DNA from: Candidatus Eiseniibacteriota bacterium
Lineage (GTDB): Bacteria; Eisenbacteria; RBG-16-71-46; JABDJR01
Assembly: GCA_963783375.1 (NCBI GenBank)
Contig: CAWANH010000001.1
Coordinates: 32,001 to 96,000, forward strand
Direction: 5' to 3'
Length of the DNA stretch: 64,000 bases
Both the position numbers and the translations under genes were made by a program. Positions 10,363-20,016 of the stretch are shown in pieces; positions within the stretch are counted from its first letter, which is position 1, and each line of letters begins with the position of its first letter. Below the pieces are notes generated by a model that was given only the letters and a program-made list of their open reading frames with translations, was not told where the DNA came from and did no database searches.

Positions 10363-12182
10363 TCGGCCACGAATTCCAGGAAGACGAGGTCCTGGGCAAG
10401 GCCTACGACGGCCGGCTCATGAAGCGGCTCCTCACCTATCTCAAGCCGCACCATACCGCGGTGGTCGTCTCGATCCTTCTCCTGATAGGGACTTCCCTTC
10501 TCGACCTGGCCGGGCCGTTCCTGACCAAGATCGCCATCGACCGCTACATCGGGGGGAAGGATCTTCCCGGCCTCATTCGCATCGCCGCCCTGTTCCTGGG
10601 CACCCTCGTCTTCGCCATGGTGCTGGGCTACGCCCAGACCTACATCATGCAGAAGGTGGGGCAGGAGATCATGGTGAAGCTGCGCGGGCAGATCTTCCGC
10701 CACCTCCAGAATCTCCAGGTCGCCTTCTTCGACCGGAACCCGGTGGGCCGGCTGATCACCCGGCTCACCAGCGACGTGGACGCGCTGAACGAGATGTTCA
10801 CCAGCGGGGTGGTGGCCATCTTCGGTGACGTGGTGACGCTGTTCGGCATCATGATCGTCCTCCTGGTCATGGACTGGCAGCTGGCCCTGATCTCCTTCGC
10901 CGTTCTCCCCCTCCTCTTCTGGCTCAGCAGCTGGTTCCGGAACAACGTCCGGGACAGCTACCGTCAGGTCCGCGTGCGGCTCGCCCGCATCAACTCCTTC
11001 CTCCAGGAGTCCATCACCGGGATGTCGGTTCTCCAGGTGATGAACCACGAGAAGCAGAGCCGCCGGGAGTTTCACGCCCTGAACCGGGACCACACCGAGG
11101 CCCACCTGCGCTCGGTGTTCTACTACGCCACCTTCTACCCCGCGGTGGAGCTCATCTCCTCCCTCGCCCTGGCCCTGGTGATCTGGATGGGCGGCGAGCA
11201 GATCCTCCGCAACGCCTTCACCCTGGGCGGGCTGGTGGCCTTCATCCAGTACGTCCGGCGGTTCTATCGCCCCATCCAGGACCTCTCGGAGAAGTACAAC
11301 ATCCTCCAGGCCGCGATGGCGGCCAGCGAGCGCATCTTCAACCTCCTGGACACTCCCCCCACCATCGTGGATCCCGGGAAGCCGGGGGTCGCCACCGCGG
11401 GGAACGGCGCGCTTCCGGTGATCGAGTTCCGCAACGTGTGGTTCGCCTACAACCCGGAGGACTGGGTCCTGAGGGATGTTTCCTTCAAGGTCGGTCTCGG
11501 GGAGTCGATCGCTTTCGTGGGAGCCACCGGAGCGGGCAAGACCAGCCTCATGAGCCTCCTCATGCGCTTCTACGACGTGCAGAAGGGGGCGATCCTGCTC
11601 GACGGGATCGACATCCGGCACTGGCCCCAGGCCGACCTTCGCCGGCGGATGAGCCTGGTGCTCCAGGACGTGTTCCTGTTCAGCGGATCGGTGAACGAGA
11701 ACATCCGCATGGGCGACGAGGAGATCCCCGACGAGGAAGTGCGAACCGCCGCCCGCACCGTCAACGCCGAGTCCTTCGTGAACCGGCTCCCCGAGGGGTT
11801 CAGCACCCTGCTGGGGGAGCGGGGGGCGTCCCTCAGCACCGGCCAGAAGCAGCTGCTCTCCTTCGCCCGGGCCCTGGCCCATCATCCGGAGATCCTCATC
11901 CTGGACGAGGCGACGAGCAACGTGGACACCGAGACCGAGATCCTGATCCAGGACGCCCTCACCCGGCTCATGAAGGGCCGCACCTCGCTGATCGTGGCCC
12001 ACCGGCTCTCCACCGTGCGGCACGTGGACCGGATCATCGTCATGCACAAGGGCCAGATCCGGGAGGAGGGCACCCACCAGGAGCTGCTCCGGGCGCGGGG
12101 GCTCTACTACAAGCTGTATCTATTGCAGTACAAGGATCAGGAGGCCCGGGTGGCGGGTGCGTCACCCTCCCCCACCTCCTGA
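10359..12182 (+). CDS. ABC exporter TMD-NBD subunit (MdlB/YheH-like)
   Basis: GTGA overlap, VGRLITRLTSDV, GATGAGKT, LSTGQKQ, ILDEAT. Likely heterodimer partner of the upstream gene. Confidence 0.92.
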   Translation: MIGHEFQEDEVLGKAYDGRLMKRLLTYLKPHHTAVVVSILLLIGTSLLDLAGPFLTKIAIDRYIGGKDLPGLIRIAALFLGTLVFAMVLGYAQTYIMQKVGQEIMVKLRGQIFRHLQNLQVAFFDRNPVGRLITRLTSDVDALNEMFTSGVVAIFGDVVTLFGIMIVLLVMDWQLALISFAVLPLLFWLSSWFRNNVRDSYRQVRVRLARINSFLQESITGMSVLQVMNHEKQSRREFHALNRDHTEAHLRSVFYYATFYPAVELISSLALALVIWMGGEQILRNAFTLGGLVAFIQYVRRFYRPIQDLSEKYNILQAAMAASERIFNLLDTPPTIVDPGKPGVATAGNGALPVIEFRNVWFAYNPEDWVLRDVSFKVGLGESIAFVGATGAGKTSLMSLLMRFYDVQKGAILLDGIDIRHWPQADLRRRMSLVLQDVFLFSGSVNENIRMGDEEIPDEEVRTAARTVNAESFVNRLPEGFSTLLGERGASLSTGQKQLLSFARALAHHPEILILDEATSNVDTETEILIQDALTRLMKGRTSLIVAHRLSTVRHVDRIIVMHKGQIREEGTHQELLRARGLYYKLYLLQYKDQEARVAGASPSPTS

Positions 12183-12595
12183 CCGATCCGGTCGATTTAC
12201 CGCTTCGGCGGAAGGACGAAAAAATCACCCGGGGGGGAAGCTGGTCCGCCGCGCCCCGGTATGGTGACCGGAAATCGGATCGAGGACGGAGAGGTCCCCA
12301 AGGGACCGAGAACATGCGGCGGAGGCGGCGGAGACGCCGCGGCTGCGGTTTACGTTCTTGCCGAGCCCGGGGTGTCCTGATACGCTCCGCCTCCCTGTTG
12401 ATGACGGTTTCCGGATGCTGGCGCTTTGAACTCCGGCCCTTCGATCGGGCCCGACGCCCATCCCGGCTCCCTTGGACACGCAACGGTCGCCCCGCGGCGG
12501 CTCCGAGCAAGCCGCCGCTCGCCGACGGCCGAAGCAAGCCGCCCGGGTGGGCGGCCGAACGCACGCCGCCGTTCCGCGGCTGAAAGGATGCGGGA

Positions 12596-13612
12596 ATGAA
12601 ACGACGTTTCTTGTGGATCGCGACCGGACTTGCCGTCCTTGCCGTCGGTTGCGGCTCCAAATCGGGTTCGGGCGAGGGTGACGCCGGAAACGCGGCCGCC
12701 GTGGTCAACGGGGTACCCATCCAGGTCTCGGAGGTTCAGAAGGTCGCCAAGAACTTCTCGCGACAGGGCATTCAGCCCGACTCCACCGCCCAGGGGAACA
12801 CGCCGGCCGAGCGTCTCTACTACACCGCGGTGGACCGGCTGATCGAGCAGGAGCTCCTCCGGGAAGCCGCGGTGAAGGACTCGATCACCGTCACCGACGA
12901 GGAAGTGCAGGGAAACGTCTCCCAGCTCAAGACCATGGCCGGCGGGGACGAGGCCTTCCAGAAACTCCTCGCCGACAACGGAGCCAACGAGGAGGACGTG
13001 GTCAAGGACATGAAGACCAACCTCCTCCTGAAGCACTACTTCGACAAGAAGGTGAAGCGGGATCAGGCGGTGACCGACCAGGAAATTCAGGACTATTACG
13101 ACGGCCACCCGGAGAACTTCGCCGCGAAGCCCCAGGTCGAGGCCAGCCATATTCTCATCCGCACCAAGCCCGAGATGACCGACGCGGACAAGGCCGCGGC
13201 CCGGCAGAAGGCCGAGGAGGTCCTGGCCAAGGCCAAGAAGGGCGATGACTTCGGCGAGCTGGCCAAGGAGTACTCCGAGGATCCCGGCTCCGCCACCAAG
13301 GGCGGTGATCTGGGCTGGTTCAACGAGGGGCAGATGGTGGCGCCCTTCGACTCCGCCGCGTTCGCCCTGGAGCCCGGACAGTTGAGCGACGTGGTCACCA
13401 CCAATTACGGCTATCACGTCATCAAACTCCAGAACAAGCGCATGGGAGAGCCCCAGAAGCTGGAGGCGGTCAAGCCGCAGATCCAGCAGTTCCTGTCCCA
13501 GCAGAAGTCCCAGGAGCAGTTCCGGGCGTTGGTGGACTCGCTCAAGGCCGAAGCCAAGATCAAGATCACCGACCCACCCCCCGCGGGCGCCCTGGACGGG
13601 ATCGGGTCCTGA
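12596..13612 (+). CDS. PrsA/SurA-like parvulin peptidyl-prolyl isomerase lipoprotein
   Basis: Lipobox LAVGC, SurA-like N domain, ASHILI, FGELAKEYSEDPGS, GGDLGWF, YGYHVIK. Confidence 0.92.
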   Translation: MKRRFLWIATGLAVLAVGCGSKSGSGEGDAGNAAAVVNGVPIQVSEVQKVAKNFSRQGIQPDSTAQGNTPAERLYYTAVDRLIEQELLREAAVKDSITVTDEEVQGNVSQLKTMAGGDEAFQKLLADNGANEEDVVKDMKTNLLLKHYFDKKVKRDQAVTDQEIQDYYDGHPENFAAKPQVEASHILIRTKPEMTDADKAAARQKAEEVLAKAKKGDDFGELAKEYSEDPGSATKGGDLGWFNEGQMVAPFDSAAFALEPGQLSDVVTTNYGYHVIKLQNKRMGEPQKLEAVKPQIQQFLSQQKSQEQFRALVDSLKAEAKIKITDPPPAGALDGIGS

Positions 13613-13633
13613 CCGATCCCCGGCCCGTTCCGA

Positions 13634-13663
13634 CCCGCGACCGGCGCCGGCGCCGGTCGCGGG
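13634..13663. terminator. Perfect 30-bp palindrome downstream of PPIase
   Basis: CCCGCGACCGGCGCCGGCGCCGGTCGCGGG equals its own reverse complement. No U-tract, so terminator function is uncertain. Confidence 0.45.
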
Positions 13664-13700
13664 CACATACGCCCGCCCGGGATCCCCGGAAACTCAGACC

Positions 13701-13729
13701 TTGCCCCCGGCTCCGGGAGCGGTTAGACT
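13701..13729 (+). promoter_or_regulatory. Putative promoter of bS22-like gene
   Basis: TTGCCC-N17-TAGACT. Confidence 0.45.
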
Positions 13730-13801
13730 CCTTCGCACTTTGTCTCTGAGCGAACCCCGCTTGGGGTTCCCCCTCCACAGACCTCGACCAATGGAATAAG
13801 C

Positions 13802-13897
13802 ATGGGAAGCCTGATCAAGAAGCGGCGGAAGAAGATCCGCAAGCACAAGCTGAAGAAGCGTCGCCGCCGCAACCGGCACAAGAAGCGCAACCGCTAG
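13802..13897 (+). CDS. Small basic protein, bS22/mS38 (AURKAIP1/COX24 domain) ribosomal-protein-like, 31 aa
   Basis: Hand translation MGSLIKKRRKKIRKHKLKKRRRRNRHKKRNR* resembles actinobacterial bS22 (MGSVIKKRRK...). Has its own promoter and a downstream hairpin. Below the ORF-track cutoff. Confidence 0.85.
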   Translation: MGSLIKKRRKKIRKHKLKKRRRRNRHKKRNR

Positions 13898-13900
13898 GCC

Positions 13901-13929
13901 GCCGGGAGCGCCCGCCGGGCGCTCCCGGC
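13901..13929. terminator. Hairpin between convergent bS22-like gene and ruvA
   Basis: GCCGGGAGCGCCC-GCC-GGGCGCTCCCGGC, perfect 13-bp stem. Confidence 0.55.
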
Positions 13930-14029
13930 CGCATTGCGCCCCGATCGTCCCCTCCGGCTCCTCGAAGCTCCGGCGGGAGGACGCCTCCCGGGACGACCGA
14001 GCCGGCCATCGCCGCCTCGGGGCCGAACT

Positions 14030-14626
14030 CTACCCCTTCGTGCCGCTCAGCCTGGCGAGCGCGCGTCGGATGAGAACTTCGACCTCCGGGGAGCGTCCAA
14101 GGTCCTTGGCCGCCTTCTCCACCGCCAGGGCCGCGGCCGGCCGCGAGTAGCCGAGGGAAACCAGGGCGGCCACGGCGTCGGATCCGGCGCCCCGTTCACC
14201 CCCCTCCCGAGCCTCTGCGGCGAACCCCGCCAACCCGTCCCTGAGTTCCATGGACATCCGCTCCGCCGTCTTCTTGCCTATCCCGGGGAGGCGGGTGAGA
14301 AACGCCAGGTCCCCCTCCCGCAAGGCGGCCACCAGTTCGCCCAGGGAGGGCACCGAGAGGGCGTTGAGCGCGATCTTCGGGCCGATCCCCGAGACGCCGA
14401 CGAGCTTCAGGAACAGGGAACGCTCGGTGTCGGAGCGGAACCCGTAGAGAGTGAGGGCGTCCTCGCGGACCACGAGGACGGTGTGCAGGGAGGCCTCCTC
14501 CCCCACCTCGCCCAGGACCGGGGAGGTGGTGAGCGGAACCAGGATCTCGAGTCCGAGCCCCCCCATCTCAACCACCACCCGGGTCGGCTGCTTGGCCAGA
14601 ATGCGACCGCGGACGTGGACGATCAT
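14030..14626 (-). CDS. ruvA: Holliday junction branch migration protein RuvA
   Basis: VREDALTLYGF, VSGIGPKIAL, PGIGKKTAER, AVAALVSLGY. Confidence 0.96.
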   Translation of the reverse strand: MIVHVRGRILAKQPTRVVVEMGGLGLEILVPLTTSPVLGEVGEEASLHTVLVVREDALTLYGFRSDTERSLFLKLVGVSGIGPKIALNALSVPSLGELVAALREGDLAFLTRLPGIGKKTAERMSMELRDGLAGFAAEAREGGERGAGSDAVAALVSLGYSRPAAALAVEKAAKDLGRSPEVEVLIRRALARLSGTKG

Positions 14627-14645
14627 GGCGCGGACACCAACCCGG

Positions 14646-15131
14646 TCACGAGATCGCCCGCAACCGGGCCCGGTGCCAGTGGCAGAGAGCGGCGGCCAGG
14701 GCGTCGGCGGCGTCCAGGGGCGGGGTTTCCCGAAGGCCCAGCATTCCCTTGACCATGAAGGCCACCTGCTCCTTCGCCGCCCCGCCGTTTCCGGTCACCG
14801 AGAGCTTGATTTCGCGCGGCGCGTACTCCTCGACCGGAAGATCCGCCTCGCGAACGGCCAACAGCACCACCCCCCGGACGTGGCCCAGCACCAGGGTGGA
14901 GCGAGCGCTCTTGTGGTAGAAGGCGGTCTCCACCGCCACGATTTCCGGCTCGTGCTCGGCGATGAGGGCGGCCAGGCCCCGGTGGATGGCGAGGAGGCGG
15001 TCGGGGAGTCCGAGTCCCTTCCCCGGGCGCAAGGTGCCGTAGAGGAGAGCCCGGGTCTTCCCCGGCCCCGCCTCGATGAACCCGTACCCGGTGACCTGGC
15101 TCCCGGGGTCAACGCCCAAAATACGTGTCAT
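14646..15131 (-). CDS. ruvC: Holliday junction resolvase RuvC
   Basis: ILGVDPG, VAVE, GHVRG, EIKLSVTGNGGAAKEQV, DAADALAAALCH. Confidence 0.96.
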   Translation of the reverse strand: MTRILGVDPGSQVTGYGFIEAGPGKTRALLYGTLRPGKGLGLPDRLLAIHRGLAALIAEHEPEIVAVETAFYHKSARSTLVLGHVRGVVLLAVREADLPVEEYAPREIKLSVTGNGGAAKEQVAFMVKGMLGLRETPPLDAADALAAALCHWHRARLRAIS

Positions 15132-15338
15132 AGTGTGACTTAGCCCAGCGGAGGCTACCACGGAGGACGGCCGCCGGACAAGGGGGAGTGGATGACGCAG
15201 GGGGGTGGCTGGAGTATACTGCGTGAGCTTTTGGAGCGGTCCAATGACCGCATGTCCCGAGCACCCTGTACGGCGAGCGGCGGCCCCGTCCCCGTCCCCC
15301 CCACCCCAGGCCGCCCGATCGCAGCGGAGGTTCGTTCC

Positions 15339-18300
15339 GTGGATTCATCGGCTTCGCTCAATCGCCTGACCCTGATCCTCACCCGCGTCCGGGAGATCCT
15401 GTTCTCGCGGCGCCGCCCCGGCTCCAAGCGAGACGATTCCGGGCGTCCCTCCGGGCCCTTCGGGGCCGCGCTGGGCGCCGTCGCCCTTGCGATCCTCGCC
15501 GCGGGTCCCGCGAGCGCCGTGCCGGTCACCTTCCACTTCCATCCCTCGGGCACGGCCCAGTCGGTGGCGGTGGCCGGCAGCTTCAACAGCTGGAGCGTCG
15601 ACGCCAATCCCATGACCGAACACGACGGGACCTGGACGGCCACGGTCGAGCTGGCTTCCGGCGAGTACCAGTACAAGTACGTGGTGAACGGCACCCAGTG
15701 GATCGCCGACGAGAGCGCCAAGAAACTGGTGGACGACGGCTTCGGCGGCAAGAACTCGGTGGTGGATGTCGGCGACCAGGCCATGGACGTGGGCCCGGGC
15801 GTCGGGGCCGCCCCGGCCGCGGGCGCCTCCCCCGCCGCCTCCACCCCTGCCGCGGACGGCAAGACCCCGGTCACCTTCCGCTACCGGCCCAAGGGGGGCG
15901 CCCAGAGCGTCTCGGTGGCCGGGAGCTTCAACAACTGGGATGCGGGCGCCAATCCCATGACCGAGAAGAACGGGGTGTGGGAAGCCACGGTGAACCTCGC
16001 TCCCGGCGAGATCCAGTACAAGTTCGTGGTCGACGGCACCCAGTGGATCACCGACGAGACCGCGGCGGGATTCGCCGACGACGGGTACGGCGGCAAGAAC
16101 TCGGTGCTCAAGGTGGGGTCCACGCCCCTCACCGTGGGAATCAAGGGGGGGGAGCCGGTGGGCGGCGTGACCCCGCCCCCTGCACCCGCGACCGGGGGCA
16201 AGACCCCGGTCACCTTCCGCTATCAGCCGGTGATCGGCGGGGTGAACACGGTGACGGTGGCGGGAACCATGAACGGATGGGACGCCGGAGCGACCCCGAT
16301 GGCCGACAAGGACGGGGACGGCGTGTGGGAAACCACCCTGAACCTCGATCCCGGCCGCTACGAATACAAATTCGTGGTGAACGGGGACCAGTGGTTCACC
16401 GACGACTTCGCCATGGATTCCTCCCCGGACGGGCTGGGCGGCGAAAACGCGGTGGTGATCGTGAAGGACCAGCCCCTGATCCTGGGCCCGGGCGGCAACG
16501 TTCCGGCCAAGGGCCAGGTTCCCTCCGAGGGCCTCCACCAGGTCACGTTTCGTTACCAACCCGCGGGGAAGGTGAACAAGGTCACCCTGGCCGGCTCATT
16601 CAACGACTGGAACGCGGACAAGACCCCCATGGCCGGCCCCGACAAGAACGGGGAGTACTCGTTCACCCTCCTCCTCCCCGCCGGCGACTACCAGTACAAG
16701 TTCGTGGCCGACGGGAACTGGATCACCGACCGCGCCCATGCCGACAGCTTCGTGGACGACGGCTTCGGCGGGCAGAACAGCGTGATCAAGGTGGACGCCC
16801 GGTTCCCGGTGCTCAAGGTGGAGAAGGGTGACGGGAAGATTTCCGACGTGGGCCTGGACTACGCCCAGACCGGGAGCACGGTGAACAACATGGGGGAAGG
16901 CCGGGTGGAGCTGACCTTCAAGTCACAGCGGAACGACATCGAGACCATGGACGTGCTCGTCTCCGACGCTGCCGGGGAGCGCACCCTCCCCGCGTCGGTG
17001 ACCGGGCGCGACCAGGCGTTCAGCTACTGGCGCGCGGTGGTGACCGATGCCCCCGCCTCGTTCCGGTACCTCCCGGCCTACCGGGACGGGGAAACGACCG
17101 ACTACCTGACCGCGGAGGGGATGGCTTCGGCCAAGCCCCCGACGGACGCCTGGTGGAGCTTCACCGTCTCCGCGTTTCCTCCCTTCGAGACCCCGGACTG
17201 GGTGAAGGACGCGGTCATCTACCAGATCTTCCCCGACCGGTACCGGAACGGCGATCCCACCAATGATCCCGACTTCAGCGAGTGGTACTACGCCGGGAAG
17301 ACCACCCTCCCCGCCTCGGGGAAGACCAACGAGGAGTACTACCATCTGGTCAAGGACTGGTACGACGTGGCCGGGCTCACCAGGAGCCCCTATCGCACCG
17401 ACGGGAAACCCGACTACTTCTCCTTCTACGGCGGGGACATCGCCGGCGTGGAGCAGTCGCTGGACTATCTGAAGGACCTGGGGGTGACCGCGATCTACTT
17501 CAACCCCATCTTCCAGGCCAAGTCGAATCACAAGTACGACTGCGCCGACTACATGAAGCTGGATCCCCATTTCGGCACCAACGAGGAGTTCAAGCAGTTC
17601 GTGGCCGCGGCCCACGCCAAGGGGATCCATGTCATCCTGGACATCGTCTTCAATCACACCGGAAACGCCCACTGGGCCTTCCAGGATGCGGTCAAGAACG
17701 GTCCCAAATCGAAGACCTACGACTGGTACGAGTTCAAGAAGTGGCCGCTCCCCGCCTCCTTCGGCCCCGGGGGCCCCAAGCCCGAGGATTACTACTACTG
17801 CTGGTGGGGCTTCGGCGACCTTCCCGATCTGAACTACGACCTCTCCCGGGCCAATCCCCAGGAGAACGCGATCCGGAACATCTCCGAAGCCAAGGTGAAC
17901 CAGCCCCTCCTGGACCACCTCATGGACGTGACCCAGTACTGGATCGGGGACATGGACGCGGACGGCGTGCGACTGGACGTGCCCAACGAGGTCCCGTTCT
18001 GGTTCTGGAAGGAGTTCAACCGGAAGGTCAAGGGGATCAAGCAGGACGCCTACATCGTGGGTGAGATCTGGGGAAACGCCTCGGATTGGATCAGCCCCAC
18101 CATCTTCGACGCCACCATGAACTACGCCTACTTCCGGGATCCGGTGATCAAGTTCCTGGGCCAGGGCCGCGGGAGCGCCCAGGAATTCGACCGGACCCTG
18201 GCCACCGGGCGGAACGCCTACCCCACCCAGGCGGTGCAGGTCATGATGAACCTGATCGACAGCCACGACACCGTGCGCTTCCGCCAGCAGGTGAACGGGG

Positions 18301-18758
18301 ACCTGGCCCGGGTGCGGCTGGCCTATCTCTTCGGCATGACCTACGTGGGCGCGCCGGACATCTATTACGGGGACGAGGTCGGCATGACCGGGGGGGCCGA
18401 TCCCGACTGCCGGCGGCCGTTCCTGTGGAACTGGAAGGACGATCCGGAGCGGGTGGCCATGCACGATTACACCGCCACCCTGGCCAAGGCCCGGGCCGCC
18501 CACGAGGCGCTCCGCCGCGGGGACTTCCGGACCCTCATGGTCTCCGGCCCGGTGTACGCCTACCTCCGCACCGCGGGAACCGACCGCGTGGTGGTGGCGC
18601 TGAACGCGGGCGGGACCGCGGCCACGGCCTCGCTGGACCTGGGCGCGCTCGGGAACCCCACCCAGGCGGTGAACCTGGTCACCGGGGAAACGGTTCAGCT
18701 CGGGGACGGGACCCTGGAGCTGGCTCCGGCGTCCGGGGTGGCGCTGGCGCTGCAGTAG
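15339..18758 (+). CDS. Secreted GH13 alpha-glucanase (neopullulanase/cyclomaltodextrinase-like) with four CBM48-like modules
   Basis: Hydrophobic signal ending ASA, then four repeats of V.VAG(S/T)(F/M)N.W..YQYK(F/Y)VV.G.W. Catalytic motifs YQIFPDR, DIVFNH, GVRLDVPNE, GEIW, IDSHD. Start taken as GTG 15339 after GGAGG; the track starts at 15192. Confidence 0.88.
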   Translation: MDSSASLNRLTLILTRVREILFSRRRPGSKRDDSGRPSGPFGAALGAVALAILAAGPASAVPVTFHFHPSGTAQSVAVAGSFNSWSVDANPMTEHDGTWTATVELASGEYQYKYVVNGTQWIADESAKKLVDDGFGGKNSVVDVGDQAMDVGPGVGAAPAAGASPAASTPAADGKTPVTFRYRPKGGAQSVSVAGSFNNWDAGANPMTEKNGVWEATVNLAPGEIQYKFVVDGTQWITDETAAGFADDGYGGKNSVLKVGSTPLTVGIKGGEPVGGVTPPPAPATGGKTPVTFRYQPVIGGVNTVTVAGTMNGWDAGATPMADKDGDGVWETTLNLDPGRYEYKFVVNGDQWFTDDFAMDSSPDGLGGENAVVIVKDQPLILGPGGNVPAKGQVPSEGLHQVTFRYQPAGKVNKVTLAGSFNDWNADKTPMAGPDKNGEYSFTLLLPAGDYQYKFVADGNWITDRAHADSFVDDGFGGQNSVIKVDARFPVLKVEKGDGKISDVGLDYAQTGSTVNNMGEGRVELTFKSQRNDIETMDVLVSDAAGERTLPASVTGRDQAFSYWRAVVTDAPASFRYLPAYRDGETTDYLTAEGMASAKPPTDAWWSFTVSAFPPFETPDWVKDAVIYQIFPDRYRNGDPTNDPDFSEWYYAGKTTLPASGKTNEEYYHLVKDWYDVAGLTRSPYRTDGKPDYFSFYGGDIAGVEQSLDYLKDLGVTAIYFNPIFQAKSNHKYDCADYMKLDPHFGTNEEFKQFVAAAHAKGIHVILDIVFNHTGNAHWAFQDAVKNGPKSKTYDWYEFKKWPLPASFGPGGPKPEDYYYCWWGFGDLPDLNYDLSRANPQENAIRNISEAKVNQPLLDHLMDVTQYWIGDMDADGVRLDVPNEVPFWFWKEFNRKVKGIKQDAYIVGEIWGNASDWISPTIFDATMNYAYFRDPVIKFLGQGRGSAQEFDRTLATGRNAYPTQAVQVMMNLIDSHDTVRFRQQVNGDLARVRLAYLFGMTYVGAPDIYYGDEVGMTGGADPDCRRPFLWNWKDDPERVAMHDYTATLAKARAAHEALRRGDFRTLMVSGPVYAYLRTAGTDRVVVALNAGGTAATASLDLGALGNPTQAVNLVTGETVQLGDGTLELAPASGVALALQ
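15519..16795 (+). repeat. Four tandem CBM48/AMPK-beta-type glycogen-binding domain repeats
   Basis: Protein-level repeats of ~85 aa, with an exact 26-bp DNA repeat GGCAAGACCCCGGTCACCTTCCGCTA at 15858 and 16197. Confidence 0.85.
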
Positions 18759-18780
18759 GCCGACGACTTCACGAGCCACG

Positions 18781-18811
18781 GGAACCGGGGCCCCGGGCGG
18801 GCTCCGGTTCC
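18781..18811. terminator. Hairpin between convergent GH13 and OYE genes
   Basis: GGAACCGGGGCCC...GGGCTCCGGTTCC stem followed by TTCGTT. Confidence 0.55.
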
Positions 18812-18838
18812 TTCGTTCCCACGCTGGCCGGTCCGCGG

Positions 18839-19906
18839 CTACACCCTGCCCCGGAGGTACTGGTCCGGCCAGGGGACGTCCACCCCCAGGCTCCGGGCGG
18901 CATGGAGGGGCCAGTAGGGGTCGCGGAGGAACTCCCGGGCCATGAGGATCGCGTCGGCCTGACCGGTGGCGAGGATGGTCTCGGCCTGGGCGGGCCCGAT
19001 GATCATGCCGACCGCCCCGGTCAGCACACCCGCCTTCTCGCGGATGGTCGCAGCCAGTGCGGTCTGATAGCCCGGCCCCACCGGAATCTTCGCCCCCGGA
19101 ACCGCTCCCCCGCTCGAGCAGTCCACCAGGTCCACCCCCAGCGCCTTCAGTTCCCGGGACAGGCGCACCGACTGCTCCACGTCCCAGCCGCCCTCGATCC
19201 AGTCCGTGGCCGAAATGCGCACCAGGAGGGGAAGCTCTTCGGGCCAGGCTCCCCGCACCGCGCTCGCCACCCGGAGGGGAAAGCGGGTCCGATTCTCGAA
19301 GCTTCCACCGTAGCGATCGGTGCGGCGGTTCACCAGCGGGGAGAGGAACTCGTGCATCAGATAGCCGTGGGCCATGTGGATCTCGAGGGTTTGGAACCCG
19401 GCCTGGACGGCCAGGGCCGCCGCCGCCTCGAACTGCCCGGCGACCTCGTCCATATCCGCCTCGGTCATCGCCCGCGGCGCCGGGTAGCCCTCGGCGAAGG
19501 GCTCGGGGCCGGGACCGATGGTCTGCCATCCCCCCTCCGTTTCCGGTACCGCCCCCCGCTCCTGGTCCCAGGGCCGCCACGTGGAGGCCTTCCGCCCGGC
19601 GTGGCCGATCTGGATCCCCGGCACCGCCCCCTGGGCGCTCATGAAGGCGGTGATCCGGCGGAACGCCTCCGCGTGGACCGCCGACCAGATGCCCGAGTCC
19701 CAGGGGGAAATCCTCCCCACCGGCGACACCCCGCTCGCCTCCACCAACACCAACCCCGCCCCGCCCACCGCGCGGCTCCCCAGGTGGACGAGATGCCACT
19801 CGTTGGGCATTCCCGCATCGCTCGAGTACTGGCACATCGGGGAAACGAAGACACGGTTTCGGTAGGTGACGCTCTTGATGGTGAGCGGCGTGAAGAGTCG
19901 GGTCAT
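18839..19906 (-). CDS. NADH:flavin oxidoreductase, Old Yellow Enzyme (YqjM/NamA type)
   Basis: NRVFVSPMCQYS, QIGHAGRKAS, EIHMAHGYL..FLSP, NRRTDRYGGSFENR, RISATDW, AREFLRDPYWP. ATG 19906 after GAGGTG. Confidence 0.93.
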   Translation of the reverse strand: MTRLFTPLTIKSVTYRNRVFVSPMCQYSSDAGMPNEWHLVHLGSRAVGGAGLVLVEASGVSPVGRISPWDSGIWSAVHAEAFRRITAFMSAQGAVPGIQIGHAGRKASTWRPWDQERGAVPETEGGWQTIGPGPEPFAEGYPAPRAMTEADMDEVAGQFEAAAALAVQAGFQTLEIHMAHGYLMHEFLSPLVNRRTDRYGGSFENRTRFPLRVASAVRGAWPEELPLLVRISATDWIEGGWDVEQSVRLSRELKALGVDLVDCSSGGAVPGAKIPVGPGYQTALAATIREKAGVLTGAVGMIIGPAQAETILATGQADAILMAREFLRDPYWPLHAARSLGVDVPWPDQYLRGRV

Positions 19907-20016
19907 GTCCACCTCGTCCGGGAAAACGTCCGCGAGGGCCGGCGCCGGATCGCGCCGCCCCCGGGACATCGTCCCCCCTCCGGCGTCCCTTGACCACCCC
20001 CTCGGCGATTCGTGGG

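Noticed and set aside
12314-12583. ORF starting MRRRRRRRRGCG as an arginine leader peptide
   Set aside because: Weak RBS; it spans a likely promoter (TTGCCG-N17-TACGCT near 12358); the downstream gene is unrelated to arginine; Arg runs arise easily in GC-rich DNA.
16923-19997. 1024-aa minus-strand ORF and other long antisense or alternate-frame ORFs (e.g. 1868-3736, 8404-10278, 9999-12077, 24417-26549, 29181-31967, 34283-36727)
   Set aside because: They overlap well-supported genes, have low-complexity translations with no motifs, and are expected shadows in high-GC DNA.
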